From contig DAOULU010000038.1 of NCBI GenBank assembly GCA_034417075.1, forward strand, positions 15,766 through 79,765: a stretch of DNA of 64,000 nucleotides. The letters are read 5' to 3'. The translations under genes and the position numbers were made by a program. The DNA is from Anaerolineales bacterium (GTDB taxonomy: Bacteria; Chloroflexota; Anaerolineae; Anaerolineales; E44-bin32). Position 1 is the first letter of the stretch. Each line of letters starts with the position of its first letter. Below, in pieces: positions 8,416 to 17,151 of this stretch. The notes below the pieces were generated by a model. It was given only the letters and a program-made list of their open reading frames with translations, searched no databases and had not been told where the DNA came from.

Positions 8416-9174
8416 TCATCGATCCTGTTGCTGAATAGTGTACCAAACCCCACCGTCGGGTGAAGGACGTACGTACAACAAAGGGCGTTCCGACCTGGGC
8501 GGCACAAACAAACGCCCAAGCAGGACGCCAACGAGAAATCCCCCAATATGTGCCCACCACGCGATCCCACCAAAGGCAACCTGCGCCCCCAAACTGAGCA
8601 ACCCGGAGGACAGCTGAGACAGGAACCATATTCCGATAAACAGGGTCGCCGGAATGTCGATGAACCAGGGGAAGATGAAGATGGGTATGAGGGTGGTGAT
8701 ACGTGCTCGCGGATACATAACGAAATAGGCGCCCAGGATCCCGGCAATTGCTCCACTTGCACCGATAGTCGGGGTTTGAAGCGCAGCCGAGCCTGCACCG
8801 TAAAAGAGAGTGATGACGCTGGTATATACCACTCCGGCCATGATGCCGCTTAGCATGTAGAAGACCAGGTATCGTTTGCGTCCCATACGATCTTCCACGT
8901 TATCGCCGAAGATAAAGAGGATCCACATGTTGCTGATCAAGTGGAACCAACCCCCATGGAGGAACATTGCGCTCACCAGCGTGAGCAATCCGAATGGCCG
9001 CGCAGGCGTGATCTCGGCAGGTACGAGACCCAAAACGTCAACTATCTGATTGTATACATTCGGGCCAAGAGAAATCGATAGCAGAAACACAAAAGCGTTG
9101 ACCGCAATCAACGTGTAGGTGACGATCGGGAAAGATCGGGAACGAATGGTATCGCGAATCGGAAACATGGACAC
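8416..9174 (-). CDS. Rhomboid-family intramembrane serine protease
   Basis: Polytopic protein with the WFHLISNMWILFIFG (H/N) motif, GASGAIAGILGAY (GxSG catalytic Ser) and a downstream AHIGGFLVG His. Confidence 0.85.
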   Translation of the reverse strand: MSMFPIRDTIRSRSFPIVTYTLIAVNAFVFLLSISLGPNVYNQIVDVLGLVPAEITPARPFGLLTLVSAMFLHGGWFHLISNMWILFIFGDNVEDRMGRKRYLVFYMLSGIMAGVVYTSVITLFYGAGSAALQTPTIGASGAIAGILGAYFVMYPRARITTLIPIFIFPWFIDIPATLFIGIWFLSQLSSGLLSLGAQVAFGGIAWWAHIGGFLVGVLLGRLFVPPRSERPLLYVRPSPDGGVWYTIQQQDR

Positions 9175-9179
9175 TCCAA

Positions 9180-9215
9180 AGCGACAATGGGCGACGAGGT
9201 TCGCCCATTGTCGCT
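9180..9215 (-). terminator. 14-bp stem hairpin between hsp20 and the rhomboid gene (terminator/attenuator candidate)
   Basis: AGCGACAATGGGCG-8 nt-CGCCCATTGTCGCT. On the minus strand it is followed by TTTGGAG, a weak U-tract. Confidence 0.5.
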
Positions 9216-9230
9216 CAGAGATGGAATATC

Positions 9231-9632
9231 TTACTTCGCCTCGACTTTGATTTCCTTCGGTCGAGCATCTTCCGACTTCGGGATACGTACGGTCAATATA
9301 CCGTCTTTAACCCTCGCTTCTGCGGCATTCGAATCGAGACTCGTCGGTAACTGCAAGCTGCGGGTAAATCCGCCATGACGCAGTTCACGAAGCAGGTATT
9401 TCCCATTGCCATTGCCGTTCTCGTGCTCAACCTCGCTGCGCAAAGTCACCACGTCATCCAGAACCTCAATCGAGATGTCTTCGGCCTTCAAGCCCGGAAC
9501 GTTCGCGGTAATGACATACCCTTCCTGATCTGCGTGGACATCCACAGGGATCTGGCGGCCACCATTGAAACCGACGGGTTCATAGCGCCGAATTCGTCGA
9601 GCGCTTCTTGGTGCTAAATAATACGTAACCAT
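9231..9632 (-). CDS. Hsp20/alpha-crystallin small heat-shock protein
   Basis: Alpha-crystallin core (VDVHADQEGYVITANVPGLKAEDISIEV ... GILTVRIPK). I chose ATG 9632 (MVTYY) because GGAGG lies 7 nt upstream; the track start at 9671 lacks a Shine-Dalgarno. Confidence 0.85.
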   Translation of the reverse strand: MVTYYLAPRSARRIRRYEPVGFNGGRQIPVDVHADQEGYVITANVPGLKAEDISIEVLDDVVTLRSEVEHENGNGNGKYLLRELRHGGFTRSLQLPTSLDSNAAEARVKDGILTVRIPKSEDARPKEIKVEAK

Positions 9633-9886
9633 CTGAAAACCTCCATTGTTATTCGATGTCTTCGTTTTCACACACCAGAAGCATACCCTCTGATTATCAG
9701 AACGTTATAAATCGGACATTGGAAATCCATTAACAGCCACGTTGATCTCTTGTTAACACTGCGCCAATACTCATCATATATGAACTGCCTACACTAGTAG
9801 AGAAAGCCCCGCAGGTCGAACGAGGTGTTTTACATAGACACATCCTGCGAACGAGGGCAAGAATAATGGAGTAAAGGAATGACGGT

Positions 9887-12493
9887 ATGAATTTAGACAA
9901 ATATACACAAAAAGCACAGGAAGCGATTCTTTCAGCGCAACAAATCGCACAGGACAATCACAACAGTACAATCGAGCCAGTACATCTGCTATTGGCCCTG
10001 GTCAATCAAAGCGACGGTGTTGTTGCGGCGATTGTTACGCGCATCTCCGGCAGTCCGGCGAGGTTGAGAGAGGAACTGCAAACAGACGTCGCGAACCGTC
10101 CCAAAATACACGGCGCAGGAGCCCAACCGGGACTCTCACCGTCCACCTCAGAGCTGCTTTCGCAGGCCGAAAAACAAGCCAGCAAGATGAAAGACGAATA
10201 TGTCTCCACGGAGCACATATTCCTGGCTCTGGCTTCGGGTCCCGAAGCCAAACGGCTGCGCGATTTCGGCATTACCCCGGAAAGCATTCTCCAATCGCTG
10301 ACCGAGATTCGAGGCTCACAGCGCGTGGTCACGCCCAATCCGGAAGACACCTATCAGGCGTTGGAAAAATACGGACGCGACCTGACGCAACTCGCGAGGC
10401 GCGGCAAGTTGGACCCGGTGATTGGTCGCGACGAGGAAATCCGCAGACTCGTGCAGGTCCTGTCCCGCCGCACGAAAAACAACCCGGCGTTGATTGGGGA
10501 GCCAGGCGTCGGTAAAACCGCCATCGTCGAGGGGTTGGCCCAGCGAATCGCTCACGGTGACGTGCCGGAAGGAATTAAGAATCGCCGCATCATTCAGTTG
10601 GACATGGGTGCACTCGTCGCTGGCGCCAAGTATCGCGGTGAATTCGAAGAACGGTTGAAAGCCGTGCTGAAACAAGTCGCCGAGTCCGAAGGCGAGATCA
10701 TCCTCTTCATCGACGAAATGCATACCGTTGTGGGTGCTGGTGCAGCGGAAGGCAGCATGGACGCGAGCAACATGCTCAAACCGATGCTGGCTCGCGGGGA
10801 GTTGCACGCCATCGGCGCCACGACGCTGGACGAATATCGTAAGTACATCGAAAAGGACGCCGCTCTGGAACGCCGTTTTCAACCCGTGTTCGTTTCCGAA
10901 CCCAGCGTTGAGGACACCATCAGCATATTACGCGGGCTGAAGGAACGCTACGAGGTCCATCACGGCGTGCGCATCCAGGACAATGCAGTGATCGCCGCGG
11001 CGACGCTATCCAATCGCTACATCTCGGACCGACACCTGCCCGACAAGGCCATCGACTTGATCGATGAGGCAGCGGCGCGCCTACGCACGGAGATTGATTC
11101 CAAACCACAAGCGCTGGACGAAGTGGATCGCCAGATCATGCAGCTCGAAATCGAACGCGAAGCCTTGAAAAAGGAAAAGGACAAGGCGTCGAGAAAACGA
11201 GAGGAGCGAATCGAAGCGGAACTGGCCGATCTTCGCGAGCAATCTTCCCAGCTTCATGCTCGCTGGCAAACAGAAAAAGAAGCCATCGCCAAGCTTCGAG
11301 AAATAAAGGAACAAATCGAGCAGGCGCGATTGCAAGTCGAACGGGCAGAACGGCATGCCGACCTCGAGCGGGCCGCCCGCTTGCGTTACGGAACGCTGCG
11401 CGAACTGGAAGAAAAGCTCGAAGCGCAAGAGAAGCGCATCAAAGAGTTGCAAACAGAGGGCGCATTGCTCAAGGAGGAAGTCGACGCCGAAGATATCGCC
11501 GCTGTCGTCTCGCGCTGGACTGGAATTCCCGTTTCCAAGCTGCTCGAAGGTGAGATGGAGAAATTACTGCACATGGAAGAGCGTCTGCATCAAGACGTCG
11601 TCGGGCAAGACGAGGCCATCAGCGCCGTTTCCAACGCCGTGCGGCGTTCGCGATCCGGTTTGCAGGATCCCGAGCGGCCCATTGGTTCTTTCATCTTTCT
11701 CGGCCCGACGGGGGTCGGGAAAACGGAACTGGCTCGCGCTTTAGCCAGATTCCTCTTCGACGATCCCAAGGCCATGACTCGCATCGACATGAGCGAATAC
11801 CAGGAAAGACACAGCGTTGCGCGCTTGATCGGCGCACCGCCAGGATACGTCGGCTATGAGGAAGGCGGCCAGCTCACCGAAGCGGTTCGCCGCAGACCTT
11901 TCAGCGTGGTCCTCTTCGATGAAATCGAAAAAGCGCACACGGATGTGTTCAACGTTCTACTGCAGCTGCTCGATGAAGGTCGCTTGACCGACGGACAAGG
12001 TCGCACGGTCGATTTCCGCAACACCGTCGTGATCATGACCAGCAACCTGGGAACTCAACTCTGGAGCGACGAAAGCAAGGCCGAACAGGCTACGCAAAGC
12101 GAAGTACGTGAGCTGCTCACGCACCACTTCCGCCCGGAGTTTCTCAACCGCATCGACGAGATCGTAATCTTCCACAAGTTGAAGAAGGAAGATCTGCGCC
12201 AAATTGTGGACATCCAACTGCGACGGGTTCGCGCCAGATTGGCGGACCAGGGATTCGGCCTGCGCTTGAGCGAGGAAGCGAAAGCCTATCTTGCCGATAT
12301 CGGATACGATCCGGTCTTCGGCGCCCGACCGCTGAAACGCGCCATTCAACGCGAATTGCAGGATCCTTTGGCGCTTAAATTGCTAGCCGGCGATTTCATT
12401 CCCGGAGAGACACTACTGGTGGAACGGGGCAAGGACGGACTGGAATTCTCGGCCGTGAAAGATGCTGAACCCGTCCTCGCCCAAAACGAGTGA
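9887..12493 (+). CDS. clpB: ClpB disaggregase (AAA+ chaperone)
   Basis: 868 aa with a Clp N-domain, two Walker A motifs ([16 protein letters not shown]) and a long coiled-coil middle domain between the AAA modules. Confidence 0.95.
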   Translation: MNLDKYTQKAQEAILSAQQIAQDNHNSTIEPVHLLLALVNQSDGVVAAIVTRISGSPARLREELQTDVANRPKIHGAGAQPGLSPSTSELLSQAEKQASKMKDEYVSTEHIFLALASGPEAKRLRDFGITPESILQSLTEIRGSQRVVTPNPEDTYQALEKYGRDLTQLARRGKLDPVIGRDEEIRRLVQVLSRRTKNNPALIGEPGVGKTAIVEGLAQRIAHGDVPEGIKNRRIIQLDMGALVAGAKYRGEFEERLKAVLKQVAESEGEIILFIDEMHTVVGAGAAEGSMDASNMLKPMLARGELHAIGATTLDEYRKYIEKDAALERRFQPVFVSEPSVEDTISILRGLKERYEVHHGVRIQDNAVIAAATLSNRYISDRHLPDKAIDLIDEAAARLRTEIDSKPQALDEVDRQIMQLEIEREALKKEKDKASRKREERIEAELADLREQSSQLHARWQTEKEAIAKLREIKEQIEQARLQVERAERHADLERAARLRYGTLRELEEKLEAQEKRIKELQTEGALLKEEVDAEDIAAVVSRWTGIPVSKLLEGEMEKLLHMEERLHQDVVGQDEAISAVSNAVRRSRSGLQDPERPIGSFIFLGPTGVGKTELARALARFLFDDPKAMTRIDMSEYQERHSVARLIGAPPGYVGYEEGGQLTEAVRRRPFSVVLFDEIEKAHTDVFNVLLQLLDEGRLTDGQGRTVDFRNTVVIMTSNLGTQLWSDESKAEQATQSEVRELLTHHFRPEFLNRIDEIVIFHKLKKEDLRQIVDIQLRRVRARLADQGFGLRLSEEAKAYLADIGYDPVFGARPLKRAIQRELQDPLALKLLAGDFIPGETLLVERGKDGLEFSAVKDAEPVLAQNE

Positions 12494-12517
12494 AACAGAT
12501 CCACTTCCCATGACCGC

Positions 12518-12545
12518 GCGGAGCGTCCCTGTCGGGGCGCTCCGC
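12518..12545 (+). terminator. Hairpin after clpB
   Basis: GCGGAGCG-12 nt-CGCTCCGC followed by TGCGCGTTTG. Confidence 0.45.
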
Positions 12546-12578
12546 TGCGCGTTTGTCGCAAGACTCACTTGATATACA

Positions 12579-14984
12579 ATGCCAGTTAAGATCATGGAAT
12601 CGATATTGAGAGTGCCGCGCCTCGACCGCATCTCAGTGGGCATCGTGCTGATTTCCGCTGGGTCGTTGACCTTCGAAGTCGGTTTGACGCGCCTCTTCGC
12701 CATCCAACAATTCCATCACTTTGCCTTCGTCGTCGTCAGTCTGGCGGTCATGGGTTTTGCCGCCAGCGGATTGGTACTCTCACTCCGTCGACGGCCTGCT
12801 CCCCTTCCGCTGCTGGCGATCGCATTCGCCCTGGCGAGCGCATTCTCGTACCTGACGATCAATTTCCTACCATTCGACTCCTACAGCATCGCCTGGGATT
12901 TTCGTCAAGTGTGGGTTCTGCTGCTGTACTTCTCCGTCGCCGGTGCACCATTCTTCTTTTCCGGTTGGGCCGTGGGCGCCTGTATGGCCTCCGCCGGCGC
13001 CGACGCATACCGGCCGTACGCCGCGAATCTGGCCGGATCAGCACTGGGGATCCCGCTGGCGTTGATCACCATCTCATCTTTCGGCGAGGAGAGCACGATC
13101 ACGCTCTCGATCTTTCTTGGTCTGCTCTCTGGGATCGTATTTTCGGCACTTAAAGAAACGCGGCTGGTTCTTGCGGCAGTCTCGCTGGTAGTTCTCTTCG
13201 GCCTGGATACACCGGATTTTCTTGCGTTAAGGCTTTCACCCTACAAACCACTTTCCATCGCCCGCCTTGCGCCCGAGGCCCGGATCACCCTTTCAAAATC
13301 CAGTGCTTCCGCACGCGTGGATGTCGTCCAGAGCAGCAGTATTCACGTTCTTCCGGGACTCAGCTTGAATGCCCCCATCTTGCCTCCCCGGCAAGCGGGG
13401 TTGTTCATCGATGGGGACGGTCCGATTCCGATTAATGCGCTTTCCCCAGAATCAACGCTAGCCCAAAATATCGCCGCCTACATGCCGCCTTTCCTTGCAT
13501 ACGAACTCCGCCCGGATGCTAACGTGCTTGTACTGACACCCGGGGCCGGCCTCGATATTCTCGTCGCGCTCGCAGCGAACACCCGATCCGTAACGACGGA
13601 GTTCGGCGAACCACTCGTTCGAGAGGTATTGACGGATAAATACGCAGACTTTAGCGAGCGGCTCTTGTTCGATCCAAAACTGAGCGTATTCTCCGGAACG
13701 AGCCGCACCATTCTGCGCCAGACGGACGAGGAATTCGACGTTATTTATTACGCCCTAAGCCAGGGATTCCGCCCAGTGACTTCGGGTGCCTTCAGTCTTT
13801 CCGAAAATTTCGACCTCACCACGGAATCCTTCCGTGATGCATATCGACGACTCGACGAAAATGGACTCCTCATGGTCACGCGCTGGCTAGGCACTCCGGC
13901 AAGCGAATCTGCTCGGGCATGGTCGACTTTGTTGGAAGCGCTTCGGGAGGAAAATGCAGCCGATCTTCCTGCAAGACTGATCGCCTATCGGGGTATGCGC
14001 ACCGCCACGATCATCGGAGCGCGCCGCCCATACTCACGAGCGGAATTGGAAACCACGCGGTCGTTTCTCGAGCGGAACGGTTTCGATCCTATTTATCTGC
14101 CGGATCTTCAAGCCGATGAATTAAACCGCCACAATCGCCTGCCAGAAGACGTCTATAATGAAATCTACCTCGCCATTCTCGAAACACCGGAAGCCGCGAT
14201 CGGCGGATACGACTTCAACCTTCACCCACCGACCGACGATCGTCCGTTTTTCTATCACTTCTTCCGCTGGCGCCAGACTCCGGAAGTGCTGGCATCTCTG
14301 GGGTTGACATGGCAGCCCTTCGGCGGAAGCGGCTATCTCGTGTTGTTGGTTTTATTGGCTTTGATGCTGGTTTTAGCGGCTCCGATGATCGTCTTGCCCG
14401 CGTGGATCGCCAGGAGAAGGAGAGAACGAACCACGCTCCCAGCAAATCGAGCCATGCTCTATTTTGCTTGCCTGGGTGCCGGATACTTGCTGGTTGAAAT
14501 CCCTCTCATCCAACGACTTACGCTTCCGTTGGAACGGCCGGTTTTCGCGTTGGCGATTACGCTCTTCACGTTGCTGCTTTCTTCCGGACTGGGAAGCATT
14601 CTTTCCCCGCGCTTCACACTTCGTCGCAGTCTGCTTGCCCTCATTGGAGTCCTGATCGCCACGAACCTCGTCCTCCCCAACATCATCCCAGTCTCCCTCA
14701 CGTGGCCGCTCGGCGCGCGCATGCTCTTATTCACGGCTGCATTAATCCCCTGCGGACTGCTCATGGGAATCCCGTTCGCCAGTGGATTGAGAATCTTGCA
14801 TGAAAGCTCGCCAGGGTCGACGCCCTGGGCTTGGGCCGTCAACGGCGCGGTTTCGGGGCTGAGCGGTGTCGCGGCAGCTTTGATCGCGCTGGACGCCGGT
14901 TTCAGCGCCACATTCTACATCGGAGCGCTGGCATACTTCGGAGCATGGCTATCCGTGCCAAGTTTGTGGAAGCGCGCAAGTTGA
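12579..14984 (+). CDS. Fused polytopic membrane / spermidine-synthase-like (SAM-dependent aminopropyltransferase fold) protein
   Basis: 801 aa. Blocks of hydrophobic helices at both ends flank a soluble region with a methyltransferase-like GxG segment (VLVLTPGAGLDILV) and DVIYYAL. The architecture matches proteins usually annotated as fused MFS/spermidine synthase. Confidence 0.6.
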   Translation: MPVKIMESILRVPRLDRISVGIVLISAGSLTFEVGLTRLFAIQQFHHFAFVVVSLAVMGFAASGLVLSLRRRPAPLPLLAIAFALASAFSYLTINFLPFDSYSIAWDFRQVWVLLLYFSVAGAPFFFSGWAVGACMASAGADAYRPYAANLAGSALGIPLALITISSFGEESTITLSIFLGLLSGIVFSALKETRLVLAAVSLVVLFGLDTPDFLALRLSPYKPLSIARLAPEARITLSKSSASARVDVVQSSSIHVLPGLSLNAPILPPRQAGLFIDGDGPIPINALSPESTLAQNIAAYMPPFLAYELRPDANVLVLTPGAGLDILVALAANTRSVTTEFGEPLVREVLTDKYADFSERLLFDPKLSVFSGTSRTILRQTDEEFDVIYYALSQGFRPVTSGAFSLSENFDLTTESFRDAYRRLDENGLLMVTRWLGTPASESARAWSTLLEALREENAADLPARLIAYRGMRTATIIGARRPYSRAELETTRSFLERNGFDPIYLPDLQADELNRHNRLPEDVYNEIYLAILETPEAAIGGYDFNLHPPTDDRPFFYHFFRWRQTPEVLASLGLTWQPFGGSGYLVLLVLLALMLVLAAPMIVLPAWIARRRRERTTLPANRAMLYFACLGAGYLLVEIPLIQRLTLPLERPVFALAITLFTLLLSSGLGSILSPRFTLRRSLLALIGVLIATNLVLPNIIPVSLTWPLGARMLLFTAALIPCGLLMGIPFASGLRILHESSPGSTPWAWAVNGAVSGLSGVAAALIALDAGFSATFYIGALAYFGAWLSVPSLWKRAS

Positions 14985-15067
14985 GATGTGCTCATTCGAT
15001 GAACAGAATGGCCTAAAAACGGATCAAGAAATACTTACGCGGCATTCGTTGCGACGCCCGGACAACC

Positions 15068-15874
15068 TCACTCTTCCCGCACTTCGCGCGTTAACGGCAC
15101 GAAGCGCACGCCGCCGAGACTCGTGGATTGATACTCCGTTTCATTAACCCGGGCGATGCGCCACAACTCTTGATACCCACCGACCGGACCGACGGGGATA
15201 ACCAGGACGCCGCCGATCTTGAGCTGCTCGAGCAGCGGCTGTGGTACATGATCCGGAGCTGCGGTGACGATAATTGCATCGAAGGGCGCTTCTTCTTCCC
15301 ATCCAAAATAGCCGTCGTCATGGCGCACGTGTACGTCGGTATATCCGAGTCCGTCTAACCGCTGTGCGGCAGCTTCGGCGAGGGGACCGATAATTTCAAT
15401 CGTGTACACGGTAACCCCCAATTGCGCCAGCACAGCCGCCTGATACCCCGACCCCGTTCCGACCTCCAACACGCGATCTCCCTCGCTCACATCCAATTCC
15501 TGGGTCATCAAGGCGACGATATAGGGCTGCGAAATCGTTTGCCCGTATCCAATGGGCAGCGGATGATTTGCGTATGCCCTTTCGAGGTACTCGGTGGGAA
15601 CGAACTCGTGGCGCGGCACAATCCCCATCGCCACAATTACATCTTCATCTTCGACACCCCACCCTACGATGCCCTCTTGGACCATTCGTTCACGAGCTAC
15701 CGCATAACTGGCCGACTCGTCCGTCGTAAGTGCATCCGCTCCCTCGTCTTCGACGCTCGGCGGCTGCTCGATCTCGGCCTGCATTGTGGATATTTGCGTT
15801 TTCGGGGCGCAGCTTACAAGCAGGAGCAGCAATCCGGCCCATACGTGTATCAAAGTGGACAGTCTTCGCCCCAT
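15068..15874 (-). CDS. pcm: Protein-L-isoaspartate O-methyltransferase with N-terminal lipoprotein-type signal and acidic linker
   Basis: Pcm core (ISQPYIVALMTQEL, VLEVGTGSGYQAAVLA). The N-terminus MGRRLSTLIHVWAGLLLLLVSC has a lipobox-like LVSC. ATG 15874 has GGAGG 5 nt upstream and a TACAAT box at 15892-15897. Confidence 0.85.
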   Translation of the reverse strand: MGRRLSTLIHVWAGLLLLLVSCAPKTQISTMQAEIEQPPSVEDEGADALTTDESASYAVARERMVQEGIVGWGVEDEDVIVAMGIVPRHEFVPTEYLERAYANHPLPIGYGQTISQPYIVALMTQELDVSEGDRVLEVGTGSGYQAAVLAQLGVTVYTIEIIGPLAEAAAQRLDGLGYTDVHVRHDDGYFGWEEEAPFDAIIVTAAPDHVPQPLLEQLKIGGVLVIPVGPVGGYQELWRIARVNETEYQSTSLGGVRFVPLTREVREE

Positions 15875-15910
15875 AGCGACCTCCACTTTAGATTGTAGCC
15901 GCAATTGGCT

Positions 15911-16321
15911 TCAGGAAACAACCAATTGAGCCGTCTTCGTCGTCACTTTAAAACTCGGCGGATGTTCGAAATGTTTTTTAACCGCGCAGAGTTCAGCTGT
16001 ACGAGCCAGCGCTTCGTAATATTTTTGCGGAAAATCAGAAGGCACGATGATATCCAGATCGATTTCCTCCACCGTGCCGGAGTACGGATTCGAACGCATC
16101 CGTTGTATTAGACGAACGCCTTCGCTGGAAATTCCGCGCTGACGTAAAAAGCCCAAAACATAAATCCCCGCACACGTCCCAATCGACGCCAGGAAAGTGG
16201 CAAACGGCGTCGGTGCCGAGCCCTCTCCGCCTGCTTGAATGGGTTGATCGGTCTCGACCTGAAAGGGGCCGAACTGCGCATCCACCCGTGATCCACCCGG
16301 AAAAGTAATTTCCATCTCCAT
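15911..16321 (-). CDS. OsmC/Ohr-family protein
   Basis: 136 aa with the typical segment GGEGSAPTPFATFLASIGTCAGIYV and a second Cys context (AELCAV). Confidence 0.7.
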   Translation of the reverse strand: MEMEITFPGGSRVDAQFGPFQVETDQPIQAGGEGSAPTPFATFLASIGTCAGIYVLGFLRQRGISSEGVRLIQRMRSNPYSGTVEEIDLDIIVPSDFPQKYYEALARTAELCAVKKHFEHPPSFKVTTKTAQLVVS

Positions 16322-16419
16322 GATTAATACTCCTACAATTGGTTTGATCTCATATTTCTATGGATGCAGCAGACAGAGGAACGTTACATTTTGAAGGAGC
16401 TGGAATGGGAGATATTAAC

Positions 16420-16446
16420 AAAAAAGGGTGGTTCTTCGAACCACCC
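16420..16446 (-). terminator. Intrinsic terminator of the NfeD-FHA transcription unit
   Basis: GGGTGGTTC-TTC-GAACCACCC. On the minus strand it is followed by TTTTTTGTT. Confidence 0.8.
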
Positions 16447-16469
16447 TCAGTGTGTGCGGATTAGTAGAT

Positions 16470-17093
16470 TCAACAACCGGGGAAACTGAACCCGAGGAAC
16501 TGAAGCGGTGTGAGTATAACACACCACCAATCCAGCGGCATGAACCATAAGATGCCCCCACAAATCAGCAGTAAGACCACACATCCCCCGATTGCCAAAG
16601 CCAGGGTGGTCCGGCTTCTAGGAGCAGCAGCCGGAGCACCGGCTGCGGGAGCCGCCGCAACTGCATGGGGAACTGCCTGCTGTACAGGAGGCGCCGCCTG
16701 CTGGACAGGGGGTGCAGCTTGCTGCACAGGAGGGGCCGCTTTCGCGGGCTCAGCAGGAGGACGAGCCACCGTCGCTGCCGACTCGGGCGAAACTGCGTCA
16801 AACGTCATCGTGACGGTTTCACCTATACCAACCAAGTCACCAGGATTCAACACCCGCGGCGCCATGAGTCGCTCACCGTTGACGAATGTGCCGTTCGTTG
16901 ATCCCAAGTCCTCAATGACGTAGCCACCGGGAGTGCGCGTTAAACGCGCATGTTGACGTGACATTTCCGCATCACCGATGACGATGTCATTGGTGACATC
17001 CCGACCCATCATGACGACTTCTTCCGAAAGCTCGAAAACCATGCCGGGGTTTGGACCAGTTCGAACGATAAATCGAAACGAGGACGGTGACAT
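16470..17093 (-). CDS. FHA-domain protein with Ala/Pro repeat linker and C-terminal TM anchor
   Basis: FHA core (GRDVTNDIVIGDAEMSRQHARL ... EDLGSTNGTFVNGERL), AAPPVQQ repeated three times, and a hydrophobic C-terminus. Confidence 0.85.
   Translation of the reverse strand: MSPSSFRFIVRTGPNPGMVFELSEEVVMMGRDVTNDIVIGDAEMSRQHARLTRTPGGYVIEDLGSTNGTFVNGERLMAPRVLNPGDLVGIGETVTMTFDAVSPESAATVARPPAEPAKAAPPVQQAAPPVQQAAPPVQQAVPHAVAAAPAAGAPAAAPRSRTTLALAIGGCVVLLLICGGILWFMPLDWWCVILTPLQFLGFSFPGC
16677..16739. repeat. 3 x 21-bp imperfect tandem repeat inside the FHA gene (encodes AAPPVQQ x3)
   Basis: The three units are ctgctgtacaggaggcgccgc, ctgctggacagggggtgcagc and ttgctgcacaggaggggccgc. Confidence 0.9.
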
Positions 17094-17151
17094 GTCAACC
17101 TCCTATGTAAGCTTCGGCGCTAGTGTACAATCTGTTGTTCGACAAGTCAAC

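Noticed and set aside
10316-10882. 188-aa minus-strand ORF inside clpB, and similar long antisense ORFs inside acnA (39750-40313), def and its upstream gene (62516-63154), the baeRF gene (5278-5827) and the ABC genes.
   Set aside because: All lie opposite genes with strong motif support. A GC-rich genome yields long stop-free antisense frames.
16410-16469. 19-codon plus-strand mini-ORF (MGDINKKGWFFEPPSVCAD) with an AAGGAG Shine-Dalgarno.
   Set aside because: It consists mostly of the palindromic terminator of the convergent FHA/NfeD unit, so the apparent coding potential is probably incidental.
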